Positions 35,872 to 46,876 of a stretch of DNA of 50,979 nucleotides are shown here, one piece after another. The notes under the pieces were generated by a model, which worked only from the letters and a program-made list of their open reading frames with translations, had not been told where the DNA came from and did no database searches. Positions within the stretch are counted from its first letter, which is position 1. Every line of letters begins with the position of its first letter. The stretch comes from Candidatus Krumholzibacteriota bacterium. Lineage in GTDB: Bacteria; Krumholzibacteriota; Krumholzibacteriia; Krumholzibacteriales; Krumholzibacteriaceae. The translations under genes were made by a program, and so were the position numbers. The stretch is taken from NCBI GenBank assembly GCA_016926065.1, contig JAFGPI010000152.1, forward strand, positions 1 through 50,979, read 5' to 3'.

Positions 35872-37241
35872 AGGTCAAGGAACTGGTCCTGCTGCTGCTT
35901 TTGTCCCTAGCCATGCTTCACCTGGCGGTGGGGGGCAAGACCGGTGCAACCTTGACCTTTCCCCCCTGGTCTCACAATCTGGGTATCCAGAAAATCACCC
36001 AATTTCACCTGGATATATACTCGGGTTACCGGGCGAAATTTAACGATCCCCAGGGGATATTCTGCACCAAGCTGGCGTGCAATGACGATCCCTCCACCCG
36101 CAAGGATGACGACGAATTGACCGTTTTCGGATTGAACAGCGGGAACCATACCTTGATATATAATAAGGGACTGACGGCCATGGGATTTGCCGGAAATAAT
36201 TCCGGCCCGGGGATGGAATTCAAGCATCCCCGCGATGTGGCGGGAGACCGGGAAGGAAACCTGTTCATCGCCGATACCGGTAATGATCGGCTGGTTCATC
36301 TCCGGTACGCCGGGGGGGATCTGGTTTTCGTCAAGGAGATAAAATATTTCGCTCAAGATTCCTTGCTGTCGCCGCGGGGGGTGCATGTCAGCGGCAACCG
36401 GATTTTCGTCGCCGATAGCGGTAACGACCGGGTGGTCGTGTTCGATTACGATGGGGTCCTATTGGAAATCCTTGCACCCCGGTGGAAGGGGATGAAACTC
36501 CGGGGACCGATTTCCATTACCGCCGCGGGCGAGACGGATGATTGGTTTTACTACGATATGTATTATATCGCCGTGGTCGACAGTCTGGGAAAGCGACTAT
36601 GGAAAATATCAACCGAGAAGGACCAGGTGACCCTGTTCGATGCCTCGGCCAGCGATAATATAGGCCGTTTCAATCACCTGGACATCGATTACTACGCCAA
36701 CCTCTACGTGACCGATACGGAAAGGAACTTGATTCATAAGTTCGACCGGCACCTTAATTACATTATCGCCATCGGCGACGATAAGCAGAAAGCAATCGAT
36801 CTGGATCAGCCCCGGGGAATTTCTATTTCCCGGAGATTCGGCCAGGTGTTCGTGGCCGAACGCTCCGGAGCGCAGTATTTCTGGATCGGAACGGACATAG
36901 TGGACCTGGCCCTGGACAGCCTGGAAGTGGACGTGGAGGAAGAGAGCTGCCGTCTGGAGATAAGGGGCCTGTTCACCGAGCATTCGCTGGTTGATATGTA
37001 TCTGGAGGATTCCCGGGGCGTCAAGCGTCTGAGTATCGTTGAAAATTACCTCCTGCCGGGAGGAAAATTCAGAAAACTAGTGATATTGCCCTGTCCCGCG
37101 GCGAAGGCGTTTGCAAAATGCAAATTCAGGCTGGTAGCCGTTGCGAAACCAACATACTCTTCCGAAGAATATTTCCGCATGGAGAGAAAAACCACTTTTA
37201 TCGAACCGGGCTTAAAAACAGCCTATTCTTCAAGTATTTAA
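35868..37241 (+). CDS. Secreted NHL-repeat beta-propeller protein
   Basis: ATG 35868 overlaps the upstream stop; signal peptide; repeats LFIADTGNDRL, IFVADSGNDRV, LYVTDT. Confidence 0.8.
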   Translation: MKVKELVLLLLLSLAMLHLAVGGKTGATLTFPPWSHNLGIQKITQFHLDIYSGYRAKFNDPQGIFCTKLACNDDPSTRKDDDELTVFGLNSGNHTLIYNKGLTAMGFAGNNSGPGMEFKHPRDVAGDREGNLFIADTGNDRLVHLRYAGGDLVFVKEIKYFAQDSLLSPRGVHVSGNRIFVADSGNDRVVVFDYDGVLLEILAPRWKGMKLRGPISITAAGETDDWFYYDMYYIAVVDSLGKRLWKISTEKDQVTLFDASASDNIGRFNHLDIDYYANLYVTDTERNLIHKFDRHLNYIIAIGDDKQKAIDLDQPRGISISRRFGQVFVAERSGAQYFWIGTDIVDLALDSLEVDVEEESCRLEIRGLFTEHSLVDMYLEDSRGVKRLSIVENYLLPGGKFRKLVILPCPAAKAFAKCKFRLVAVAKPTYSSEEYFRMERKTTFIEPGLKTAYSSSI

Positions 37242-37264
37242 GCTTATCCGGCGGCATCATTTTT

Positions 37265-37280
37265 TGGCCTATGACTTGCA
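37265..37280 (+). promoter_or_regulatory. sigma54 -24/-12 promoter upstream of the TPR/J-domain genes
   Basis: TGGCCTATGACTTGCA: GG-N10-GC with TTGCA. Confidence 0.6.
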
Positions 37281-37344
37281 TGGTCCAGGCTACAAGAGGT
37301 CCATCGTGAAAATACCTCTGACCATCAGGGAAAGGTTGTAAGAG

Positions 37345-38286
37345 ATGTTCATCGATAGATTTATCGGTTTACTCCCCAAGAACAAGCTCAAAAAGGCTCT
37401 CAGCCACATGAACCAGGGAGAGTACCGTAAAGCTTGTCGGGAATTCGAATCCTATGTGGCCAAGAATACGGATGAGGTTAGGGCTCAGGACCAGGAAATG
37501 GTTCGAATGTACATGGTGGAATCGTATATAGAATGCGCCAAATTGCTGGACGAGGAGGGCCGCTTGGCCGACGCGGCCAAGGAATTGGAGAAGGCCATAG
37601 AACTTGAACCAAAATATGCCGACGTTCATTATAACCTGGGCACCCTCTACGAGAGAATAGGAAATAGAGTGAACGCCCGCGAGTGCATCAAGCGGTCCCT
37701 GGCGATAAATCCAAACTATTTCAAGGCCCGGTTGATGCTGGCCAAAAGTTACTGGAGCGATGAAAATAAAGATCGGGCCTTGGAAGAACTGGAAATTTGC
37801 CTATCCGCGGCGCCTAATTTTTATCTCGATCCCGTAAACGAGCTCATCTCCTTGGTGCGGCGGGGAGGGATGGAAAAGGAAGCGGCAGCGTTGTTCCACC
37901 GGCTGCTGGAGGAAAGACCGTCTTCGTCGCAGGTAAGCAAACAACTCGCCCTGGAATCGATCCAGAACGGCGATTACGACTATGCCATGGCCGAGCTTAA
38001 AAAATCCTTATCCCTGCACCCTGATTATCCGGATCTGCACAATTTGCTGGGTATAACCTACGCCAACAAGGGAATGACCGATGACGCCATTCTGCAGTTC
38101 AAGACCGCGTTAAAGGTTAATCCCAACTATCTGAAAGCGCGGTTGAATCTGGCCTTGGCCTTGTATGAAAAAAGATCCCTGGAAGAAGCCAGCCAGAATC
38201 TCGAGATAATTTTAAAACACGATCCCCGGAATGAACTGGCGAATAATCTTCTCAGAGAAGTAAAACCCGTCATGGATAAGAGGTAG
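37345..38286 (+). CDS. Tetratricopeptide-repeat protein
   Basis: Repeats such as PKYADVHYNLG, PDYPDLHNLLG, NPNYLKARLNLA. Confidence 0.88.
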   Translation: MFIDRFIGLLPKNKLKKALSHMNQGEYRKACREFESYVAKNTDEVRAQDQEMVRMYMVESYIECAKLLDEEGRLADAAKELEKAIELEPKYADVHYNLGTLYERIGNRVNARECIKRSLAINPNYFKARLMLAKSYWSDENKDRALEELEICLSAAPNFYLDPVNELISLVRRGGMEKEAAALFHRLLEERPSSSQVSKQLALESIQNGDYDYAMAELKKSLSLHPDYPDLHNLLGITYANKGMTDDAILQFKTALKVNPNYLKARLNLALALYEKRSLEEASQNLEIILKHDPRNELANNLLREVKPVMDKR

Positions 38287-38292
38287 ATAACA

Positions 38293-38973
38293 GTGAATAC
38301 CGATTATTATTCATTGCTAGAACTTCACATAAGCTCTACTACCGAAGAGATCAAGAAAAAATATTTTCACCTGGCCAAAGTATACCATCCGGACGTGGCT
38401 GGTGATAAACCGGAAAACCGCGAACGGTTCAAGATGATCAACGAGGCCTATAGCATACTCATCGATCCCCAGAAAAGGCAAGAGTACGACGATTCCCTGC
38501 GCAAGAAGAATCAGGGGGCCAGTTCGGTTTTAATCCACGAGCGGGATAAAAAGTCGGCTTCCCTGGCTTTCACTCAGGCCAAGGAATGTATGCGGGAGGG
38601 GAGATACGATAAGGCGGTGCTGCTGCTGAAGTCCGCCGTAAAATTGAATCCGGAAAATCCGGCCTACCATAGCTGGCACGGATTCTGTCTGGCCATGTCG
38701 AATTCCAGGCTTCACGAAGCCCGGGACGAGTGTAAAAAAGCGGTACAGATGGAGTTCTACAACGCCGATTATCATGCCAACCTGGGATTCGTATATTTCA
38801 AGGTGGGACTAAAAAGCATGGCGGTAAAACATTTCAAGGACGCCCTGAAATGGGATCCGGAGAATTCCATAGCCCGCAAATTCATGCGGCAGGCAGATGG
38901 CGGCAAATATGACCGGGAGGGACCCATCGACCGGATGATGGCCAAAATAAAGGGTATATTCAGCGCGGCCTGA
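38293..38973 (+). CDS. J-domain plus TPR protein
   Basis: DYYSLL...YHPD...INEAYSIL J-domain followed by TPR repeats. Confidence 0.88.
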   Translation: MNTDYYSLLELHISSTTEEIKKKYFHLAKVYHPDVAGDKPENRERFKMINEAYSILIDPQKRQEYDDSLRKKNQGASSVLIHERDKKSASLAFTQAKECMREGRYDKAVLLLKSAVKLNPENPAYHSWHGFCLAMSNSRLHEARDECKKAVQMEFYNADYHANLGFVYFKVGLKSMAVKHFKDALKWDPENSIARKFMRQADGGKYDREGPIDRMMAKIKGIFSAA

Positions 38974-39059
38974 CAATTCTTGCTTTTCCTCCGTTCCCCC
39001 CTTACCATGTTAATTCTTGTTGCATTTTTATCCGCGGGCGGCTAACCTCGGATTCCGAG

Positions 39060-40973
39060 GTGGTTGCCATGGATAAGACTTGTTTTGTTTGCTTCGGTAA
39101 AAGGGATCAACAACCCCTGATATACCAGGAAATACCTCGAAAACAGCAGGGAGAGGAGTTTTTTCTCTTTATTTCAACCGCCGGCCCGGCGCCGGAACCG
39201 GCCTTGAAGCGCCTGTTCAGAAGCGCGATTTCACTTTCCCGTCTCGGCCATCCCGCGCAGTTTTTCCTGAAACTGCTGGATTTCATGAGAAATGAAGAGC
39301 CGGTTCTTTTTCCGGACGATGGATATCTATCGAATTCCCTGATAGTGGGAATGGTCAGGCGTTCCCGGGAAGTTTACCTGTTCCATAACCGGGGGATTGA
39401 GGCTATTCACTGGAGCGGGGAAACGGAAATCGAGGATACGCTGGATTCCTTGCCGGAGGTGGAAACAATACCTCTCCAAAAAACCAGGGAGCAGCAGGAT
39501 CTCTTTAATAAAACCGTGGAAGAACAATGCGTACTGCAGCGTTTTTCCTTGCCGGCAGGAAGCCATACCCTGGTTTTCGCCCCTTCCCGGGAATTCGTCA
39601 AGCAGCACCGGGAGAAATTTCTGGACAGCATCTTCTTTCCCTCCTTCACGGCTCCCCGCGAGGAAGGGATCAACATTGAAACCGACCTGACATTTCCCGC
39701 CATGCACTGGGATATACCGGCCGGCTGTAAAGAAACGGCGAAAGCATGGAAAAGAGGAGAAAAAATGAGAAGATCCTCCCTGCCTGTTATCACCGGAGCG
39801 GTGGCCCTCATCGCCGCCATCCTGATCATTTTTAATCCCTTTGACCTGGGCCAGAGGAGAAATAATCTACCGGACTCATCGGTCCTGTTATCGGCTGATA
39901 ACGGAACTCCCGGAGTAGAAGCGGGGAAGTCGGGAAGAGAGGAGCTTCCCCCGGGGGGAAACCTGACCGAAGAAGGCAGCCCGGCGGGGGAGGACCTGGA
40001 GGTCGTTTCCCTGCAGGAAGGGTGGAAGCAAAAATTCGACGCCGCCTTGACCTCTTCTCCGGTGGTGTGCGGGGAAGACGTGATCTTCGGGTGCCGGGAC
40101 GGATACCTGTACTCCTTTACCGTGGAGGGGAAATTCAAGTGGAAATACCGGTCCGGTTCCGGTATCGGGGCCTCCCCGGTATGTTATGCGGACCGGGTAT
40201 TCGGGGCCGATTATGAGGGGAATATTTTCTGTCTGGATGTCAATAACGGAGAAAGGATCTGGAATCGCAGCGTCCGGGAAAAGATAGTGAGCAGCCCCCG
40301 GGTGGGAGAGGATTTGGTCATTGCCGCTACCCTGCAGGGAAAACTACTCGCTCTGCGCAGGCTGGATGGGGAAGAAATGTGGTCCCAGAAGATAGGGGAA
40401 GGTATTTGGGCGTCCTGCACCCTGGGAGATGGCTATATTGTGGCCGCCACCACCGATGGTTCCTTGATCAGGATGAATCACTCGGGAAAGATAGAATGGC
40501 GCGTGCAGCCGGGAGGATCGATACATTCCACCCCTCTGTGCATGGAAGAAAATGATCTCATTATATTGGGTACGGGGGATAAATATATTTATGGATATTC
40601 CCTGGCCGCGGGAAATCTGATGTGGCGATTCGCCGCGGCCAGCGAAGTGAGAAGCACTCCCTCGGCCGCGGGAGGCACGATCTTCGTGGGAACGGAGGAG
40701 GGAGTCTTATTCGCCCTGACCCTGAACGGAAAGCAGCTCTGGAAGAGGGACGTGGGAGGCGCGATACGGTCAAAGCCGTTGATATTAGGGGAGATAGTGC
40801 TGGTATCCAATTATAACTCGAGAATCTCCGTATTCAAAACGGATAGCGGTGAATTAGTGGACGAGTATCAAGTAGGAGCGCCCGTGTATTCATCGCCGGC
40901 CCACGCGGCGGGAAGAATATTTTTTGGCTCCAACCAGGGAATGATGTACGGCGCCCTGCTCAGCGGTGTGTGA
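39060..40973 (+). CDS. Single-pass membrane protein with a C-terminal PQQ/BamB-like beta-propeller
   Basis: TM LPVITGAVALIAAILIIF; repeated SSP...G..Y...G...W motifs; ~240-aa unassigned N-terminal domain. Confidence 0.8.
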   Translation: MVAMDKTCFVCFGKRDQQPLIYQEIPRKQQGEEFFLFISTAGPAPEPALKRLFRSAISLSRLGHPAQFFLKLLDFMRNEEPVLFPDDGYLSNSLIVGMVRRSREVYLFHNRGIEAIHWSGETEIEDTLDSLPEVETIPLQKTREQQDLFNKTVEEQCVLQRFSLPAGSHTLVFAPSREFVKQHREKFLDSIFFPSFTAPREEGINIETDLTFPAMHWDIPAGCKETAKAWKRGEKMRRSSLPVITGAVALIAAILIIFNPFDLGQRRNNLPDSSVLLSADNGTPGVEAGKSGREELPPGGNLTEEGSPAGEDLEVVSLQEGWKQKFDAALTSSPVVCGEDVIFGCRDGYLYSFTVEGKFKWKYRSGSGIGASPVCYADRVFGADYEGNIFCLDVNNGERIWNRSVREKIVSSPRVGEDLVIAATLQGKLLALRRLDGEEMWSQKIGEGIWASCTLGDGYIVAATTDGSLIRMNHSGKIEWRVQPGGSIHSTPLCMEENDLIILGTGDKYIYGYSLAAGNLMWRFAAASEVRSTPSAAGGTIFVGTEEGVLFALTLNGKQLWKRDVGGAIRSKPLILGEIVLVSNYNSRISVFKTDSGELVDEYQVGAPVYSSPAHAAGRIFFGSNQGMMYGALLSGV

Positions 40974-41107
40974 CCCGCCTTTTGCAGCCTAATCCTTCCC
41001 CCGGTGAGGGATATTAAATGTTGTGATAGCGGGTTATTGTATCCGATATTCTTGATTCCAATAATCATATGTATTATTTTTTTGCGGGCTGACAGGAGGT
41101 TCATGTT

Positions 41108-44100
41108 TTGATCAAGGGAATAATTCATAAGCTGGTGGGAGACCGCAAATCCCGGCTGATGAAGCGGGTTGGGCCCCAGGTCGATCAGGTAACAGAATGG
41201 GGCGACCATTATACCAGCCTGGAGGATAAGGATTTTCCGGTCAAAACGGAAGAATTCATAGAACGGATTAAAAACGGAGAAACCACCGACGATCTTTTAC
41301 CGGAAGCTTTCGGATTGGTCTATGAAGCCTGCCGCAGGCACGTGGGAAGGTCCTGGGAAGTGGTGGGGCAGGAAATAACCTGGGAAATGGTACCTTTCGA
41401 CGTTCAGATTGCCGGCGCCATCGTTCTGCACCAAGGCACCATCGCTGAAATGGCCACCGGAGAGGGAAAAACCCTGGTAGCCACCATGCCCCTCTATCTG
41501 AACGCCCTGGAAAAAAAAGGCGCCCATCTGGTGACGGTAAACGATTACCTGGCCAGGCGGGATTCGGAGTGGATGGGTGAAATCTACAGGTTTCTGGGAC
41601 TCACCGTGGGGTGCCTGCAGAACGATATGCTCTTGGAAGAGAAACAGCTAGCCTACAACTGTGACATTACCTACGGCACCAATAATGAGTTTGGATTTGA
41701 TTACCTCCGGGACAACATGAAATGGAGCAAGGAAGATCAGGTGCAGCGGGGTTTCCACTACGCCATCGTGGACGAAGTGGACAGCGTGTTGATCGACGAA
41801 GCCCGCACCCCTCTGATTATCTCCGGTCCGGTACCCGGTTCCTCCAAGAATGAGAATTTCGCCCTGCTCCGGGGCAAGGTGGAGAATCTGGTAAGAAAGC
41901 AGAAACAACTGGTTAACGACCTGATGGTGGAGGTTGAGAAGAGCTTCCAAAAGGAAGAAACCGGGGAAGCGGAAGATATCGGGGTAAAATTGCTACTGGC
42001 CCAGAGGGGTGATCCGAAAAATAAAAAATTCATGAAATTGAGAAAAAGGCAGGGCCTGGAAAAAGCCATGTTGAGGACGGAAGCCGATTTTATGAGAGAG
42101 AAGCGGCTGCACGAGTTCGACGAGGAGCTCTATTTCGTTATCGATGAAAAATCCAACACCATCGATCTTACCGAAAAGGGGCGCAGCAATCTGGCTCCCC
42201 AGGATCAGGAAATGTTCGTTCTTCCCGATCTAAGCCTGCAGGTCAAGGAAATCGACTCCGATCCCTCTTTTGATCTGAAAGAAAAGATCCGCAGAAGGGA
42301 ATCCGCTTTCCGGCGTTACGCTGAAAAGAACGAGGTAATTCACAATTTTTCCCAACTCCTCAAAGCCTACACTCTGTTCGAGAAAGATATCGAGTACGTG
42401 GTGCAGGACGGCAAGGTCCTCATAGTGGATGAATTCACCGGCAGGTTGATGCCGGGGAGGAGATTCAGCGACGGCCTGCATCAGGCCCTGGAGGCCAAGG
42501 AGAGAGTGCGGATAGGAGGGGAAACCCAGACCTTCGCCACTATCACCCTACAGAATTATTTCCGCCTGTACGTGAAATACAACAAGCTGGCCGGGATGAC
42601 CGGCACCGCCGAGACGGAGGAAGAGGAGTTTCATAAAATTTACGAGCTGGATGTCAACGTCATCCCCACCAACAAGCCGGTCAGAAGGGTGGATTATGAC
42701 GATGTCATCTTCCGGACCAAGAGAGAGAAATACAAGGCCATAATCCAGGAGATCAGGAGATTACACGAACTGGGTCTTCCCGTCCTGGTGGGCACCGTGA
42801 CCGTGGACGTATCCGAGACCCTGAGCCGGATGCTGCAACGGGAGGGAATCCCGCACAACGTGCTTAACGCCAAGCAGCACCAACGGGAAGCGGAGATCGT
42901 CGCCCACGCCGGCAGGCGGGGAGCGGTAACCATAGCCACCAACATGGCCGGCAGGGGAACCGATATTAAACTGGAGAGAAGCGTTATCCAATGCGAACGG
43001 TGCTGCATCCTCTGCGAGACTCCCGATGAATGCGCCAGCTGCCCCAACGAGCGGAAGCACACCGATTGCCATACGGATGTTCCCTGCGGATTGCACATCA
43101 TCGGCACCGAGAGGCACGAAAGCAGACGCATCGACCGGCAGCTCAGGGGGCGGGCGGGGCGCCAGGGCGATCCGGGTTCGTCCAGATTTTTTATCTCCCT
43201 GGAAGATGAATTGATGCGCCTCTTCGGATCCGAAAGAATCTCCTCGGTGATGGATAGGCTGGGAGTGGAAGAGGGAGAGGTCATCACCCATCCCTTTATC
43301 ACCAAGGCGATAGAGAAATCCCAGAAGCGCGTGGAAATGTTCAACTTCGGGATCCGGAAACGATTGATCGAATATGACGACGTGATGAACAAGCAGCGCG
43401 AGGTTATCTACGGGCGGAGGGATCAAATGCTTTCCAGCGAGGATCTGGACGAGATTATTTATGGTCTGATCGATAACGAGGTGGAAGTGGTCACGGAAAA
43501 ATACCTGCCTCCTTCGATTCCGCCGGAGGAATGGGACGTGAAAACGGCGGCCGCGGAACTGGAAAGCATATTCCTGTTTTCCTTCGATCCCAGCGCGGTG
43601 TCCGTGGACGAGCAAATGGAACCGGTGGCGGTCCAGGAACACTTCCGGAAGAGAGCCCGAGAAGCCTATGAAATGCGGAAGATGGCCATTCCTCCGGAAT
43701 TCATTCTTAAGCTGGAACGGGCCATTATGCTACAAAGTATCGATGAGAAATGGATGGATCATCTGCACGAGTTGGACAATCTCAAGGAAGGAATCCACCT
43801 GCGCTCCTACGCCCAGAAGGATCCCATCATAGAATACAAGCAGGAATCTTTTCAATTGTTTTCGGATATGTTGGACGATATTGATCGCTCGATTCTGTGG
43901 GGACTTTTTCACGCCCGTTTCGACGGGGAAACCAGGAGTTCCTATCAAGGAGTCACCGATACCGGGGTGGCGGTGCACCAGGTGTCAAATACCTATACCG
44001 CCGGTTCCGCCCTACCCCCGGAGGGAGGGGGGAGTTCTCCGGTGGCCCAGTCCCCCGCCGGGTCTCCGGAGAGATCCATACGCAGAGAGCAGCCCAAGGT

Positions 44101-44173
44101 GGGCAGGAACGATCCCTGTCCCTGTGGCAGCGGGAAAAAATACAAAAAGTGTTGCGGAAAGATAGCCGACTGA
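41108..44173 (+). CDS. secA: Preprotein translocase subunit SecA
   Basis: [44 protein letters not shown]; C-terminal [18 protein letters not shown]. Confidence 0.98.
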   Translation: MIKGIIHKLVGDRKSRLMKRVGPQVDQVTEWGDHYTSLEDKDFPVKTEEFIERIKNGETTDDLLPEAFGLVYEACRRHVGRSWEVVGQEITWEMVPFDVQIAGAIVLHQGTIAEMATGEGKTLVATMPLYLNALEKKGAHLVTVNDYLARRDSEWMGEIYRFLGLTVGCLQNDMLLEEKQLAYNCDITYGTNNEFGFDYLRDNMKWSKEDQVQRGFHYAIVDEVDSVLIDEARTPLIISGPVPGSSKNENFALLRGKVENLVRKQKQLVNDLMVEVEKSFQKEETGEAEDIGVKLLLAQRGDPKNKKFMKLRKRQGLEKAMLRTEADFMREKRLHEFDEELYFVIDEKSNTIDLTEKGRSNLAPQDQEMFVLPDLSLQVKEIDSDPSFDLKEKIRRRESAFRRYAEKNEVIHNFSQLLKAYTLFEKDIEYVVQDGKVLIVDEFTGRLMPGRRFSDGLHQALEAKERVRIGGETQTFATITLQNYFRLYVKYNKLAGMTGTAETEEEEFHKIYELDVNVIPTNKPVRRVDYDDVIFRTKREKYKAIIQEIRRLHELGLPVLVGTVTVDVSETLSRMLQREGIPHNVLNAKQHQREAEIVAHAGRRGAVTIATNMAGRGTDIKLERSVIQCERCCILCETPDECASCPNERKHTDCHTDVPCGLHIIGTERHESRRIDRQLRGRAGRQGDPGSSRFFISLEDELMRLFGSERISSVMDRLGVEEGEVITHPFITKAIEKSQKRVEMFNFGIRKRLIEYDDVMNKQREVIYGRRDQMLSSEDLDEIIYGLIDNEVEVVTEKYLPPSIPPEEWDVKTAAAELESIFLFSFDPSAVSVDEQMEPVAVQEHFRKRAREAYEMRKMAIPPEFILKLERAIMLQSIDEKWMDHLHELDNLKEGIHLRSYAQKDPIIEYKQESFQLFSDMLDDIDRSILWGLFHARFDGETRSSYQGVTDTGVAVHQVSNTYTAGSALPPEGGGSSPVAQSPAGSPERSIRREQPKVGRNDPCPCGSGKKYKKCCGKIAD

Positions 44174-44225
44174 GCATTATTACGGTTTTAGGAATTGGCC
44201 GGGAGAATCAAAACCAGGGGCGGGC

Positions 44226-44666
44226 ATGAAACGCATTAAGGAAATCATCACCTATTTAATGAATTTCGATCACGATGAAGTTTCGGATCCATACTCGGTG
44301 TGGGATGAACTGGAGGATTTGGGTTATACGGGCGAGGAGATCCAACAGGCTCGGAGTATGCTGGATTGGGATGAAAGCGACGATATGAATACGATGGAAC
44401 CGGAAGCAGACTCCAAAAAGAGCCGGATTTTCAGCGAGGAAGAGAAGCTCAATTTGGCCACGGACGCGCAGGGGTACCTGATCCGGTTGAAGAACACGGG
44501 CTGGCTTTCGGAAGCCCAGTTGAGCCTGATAATAGAAAACGCCGGGATGTCTTACTCGATACCGGTGTCCCGGGAAGAAATCATGGATATTACGGCCAGA
44601 TATGTACCGGAAATACCCACCAATGTTTTATCCGGCCTGGATAACTCCGGTGAAAACATCAATTGA
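44226..44666 (+). CDS. smg: DUF494/Smg-family protein
   Basis: L..GY...EIQQA and RIFSEEEKLNL...AQGYL motifs; usual position before topA. Confidence 0.7.
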   Translation: MKRIKEIITYLMNFDHDEVSDPYSVWDELEDLGYTGEEIQQARSMLDWDESDDMNTMEPEADSKKSRIFSEEEKLNLATDAQGYLIRLKNTGWLSEAQLSLIIENAGMSYSIPVSREEIMDITARYVPEIPTNVLSGLDNSGENIN

Positions 44667-46876
44667 GTGAGGAGAACAAATTGAGCCTGGCACTTGTAGT
44701 AGTCGAATCTCCCGCCAAAGCCCGCACCATCAAAAAATACCTGGGAAAGGGTTATAAGGTTAGAGCATCAGTGGGACATATCCGGGATCTTCCCAAGAGG
44801 GAATTGGGGATAGACGTGGAAGATGATTTCAAACCCAAATATGTAAATGTGCGGGGAAAATCAAAAATAATCAAGGAGTTGAAGAGCGAGCTGGCCCGGT
44901 CTTCCCGGGTCTTGCTGGCCACCGACAACGACCGCGAAGGGGAGGCGATAGCCTGGCACCTGGAAGAAATTCTGAAGCAGCCCGGCACCGAGATTAAAAG
45001 GATAACCTTTAATGAAATCACCAAGAACGCCTTGCTGACGGCGGTTCAGGATCCCCAGGACATCAACATGAACAAGGTCAATGCCCAGCAGGCCAGGAGG
45101 ATACTGGACCGGCTGGTGGGATATATGGTGAGCCCGGTCCTCTGGAAAATATTCTACCGGGGCCTATCGGCCGGCCGGGTGCAAAGCGTGGGCCTGCGGC
45201 TGCTGTGCGAGCGGGAAGAGGAGATCAGGAATTTTTTGCCCCAAGAGTACTGGACGATCGAAGGGACGCTGGCCAATTCCCGGGGATCGGAGTTCCCCGT
45301 AAAACTATTCAAAATTAAGGATGAAAAGCCCGAGCTGAAGGACCGCGCGTCCGCGGAAAGAGCGCTGGCGGAAATAAAATCGCAGGAGCTTAGCGTCAGC
45401 GAGGCGCGGGATAAGGAAAGAAAACGCAATCCGCAGCCTCCCTTCATAACCAGCACCTTGCAGCGGGAGGCGGCCGGAAGATTGGGTTTCTCAGCGAAAA
45501 AAACCATGCTGGTGGCCCAGCAACTCTATGAAGGCGTTATGCTGGGAGACGAAGGTTCGGTGGGTTTGATCAGCTACATGCGTACCGATTCGACCAGGAT
45601 CAGCGATGAAGCCTTCCGGCAAGGAATCAAATTCATCGAGCAGACCTGGGGGAAGGATACCCTTTACCCGGGCAAGCGCAGTTACGGAAAAAAGAAGCTC
45701 GCCCAGGATGCTCACGAAGCGGTGCGTCCTACCAATTGTATCCTCACTCCGGAGGCGGTCAGGCAATATCTCAATCCGGACCAGGAAAAGTTGTACCGGC
45801 TCATCTGGCAGAGATTCCTGGCCTCCCTGGCGGCCGCGGCGGTCTATCAGATTCAAGAAGTTGATATTTCAGCCGGGAAGGATTACCTCCTCCGGGCCAA
45901 CGGCAGGAAGTTGAAAGAGAAGGGATTCCTGTCCATCTTCCCGGATAAAAAGGCCGAGGCGGAATCATGGCTTCCCGACCTTTCCCCCGGGGAGGTCCTT
46001 TCCCCCATCGATCTGGACGCATTGCAGCATTACACCGAGCCTCCCGCCCGGTTTTCCGAGGCCTCCTTGATAAAGGAACTGGAGGAAAAGGGGATTGGCA
46101 GGCCCAGCACCTACGCCAGCATCATCAGCATTATTCAAACCCGGGACTATGCTCAGAAAGAGGGCAAGGCCCTCTATCCCACCGAGCTGGGTGAGATTGT
46201 GTGGAAATTGCTGGAAGAGCTTTTTCAGGATATTTTTGAGGTTGATTTTACCGCCAGGATGGAAAGCGAACTGGATAAGATCGAGGAATCAGCGGAAAAA
46301 TGGCAGGATGTAGTCAGGTTTTTTTATGAACCCCTGGCGGTTGATCTGGAAAAATTTAATGGCCGCCAGAAGGAGCTGAAAAAACTGGTCCAGGAGGAAA
46401 CCGAAGAACTATGCGAAAATTGCGGGCGAAGGTTGGTAAAGAAGTGGAGCCGGAACGGACCTTTCCTGGCCTGCCCGGCCTTTCCCGACTGCAAATATTC
46501 CAGATCGCTGGAGGCGGATGAGACTATCGACAGGGATTGCCCCCGCTGCGGGGGAAAGCTGGCTTATAGGAACGGGCGATTCGGGAAATTCATCGCTTGT
46601 GGCAACTATCCCGAATGTAAATACACAGAGGCGGTCACCCTGGGGATAAAATGCCCCCAGGAAGGCTGTGACGGGGAAATAACCGAGAAGAGGACCCGGA
46701 GGGGAAAGATATTCTACGGATGCAGCGAATATCCGAAATGCCAGTACGCCAGCTGGGACAAACCGACCGATAAGAAATGCCCCCAGTGCGGAAAATCCCC
46801 ATTGGTCGAGAAAGTCACTAAGAAGAGGGGGCATTTTTTGAAGTGTCCCTCCTGCAAATACGAGGTAGACTCCTGA
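44663..46876 (+). CDS. topA: DNA topoisomerase I with C-terminal Zn ribbons
   Basis: VVESPAKA, DREGEAIAWH, SAGRVQS, ISYMRTDS, GIGRPSTYA; CxxC ribbons. Confidence 0.97.
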   Translation: MSEENKLSLALVVVESPAKARTIKKYLGKGYKVRASVGHIRDLPKRELGIDVEDDFKPKYVNVRGKSKIIKELKSELARSSRVLLATDNDREGEAIAWHLEEILKQPGTEIKRITFNEITKNALLTAVQDPQDINMNKVNAQQARRILDRLVGYMVSPVLWKIFYRGLSAGRVQSVGLRLLCEREEEIRNFLPQEYWTIEGTLANSRGSEFPVKLFKIKDEKPELKDRASAERALAEIKSQELSVSEARDKERKRNPQPPFITSTLQREAAGRLGFSAKKTMLVAQQLYEGVMLGDEGSVGLISYMRTDSTRISDEAFRQGIKFIEQTWGKDTLYPGKRSYGKKKLAQDAHEAVRPTNCILTPEAVRQYLNPDQEKLYRLIWQRFLASLAAAAVYQIQEVDISAGKDYLLRANGRKLKEKGFLSIFPDKKAEAESWLPDLSPGEVLSPIDLDALQHYTEPPARFSEASLIKELEEKGIGRPSTYASIISIIQTRDYAQKEGKALYPTELGEIVWKLLEELFQDIFEVDFTARMESELDKIEESAEKWQDVVRFFYEPLAVDLEKFNGRQKELKKLVQEETEELCENCGRRLVKKWSRNGPFLACPAFPDCKYSRSLEADETIDRDCPRCGGKLAYRNGRFGKFIACGNYPECKYTEAVTLGIKCPQEGCDGEITEKRTRRGKIFYGCSEYPKCQYASWDKPTDKKCPQCGKSPLVEKVTKKRGHFLKCPSCKYEVDS

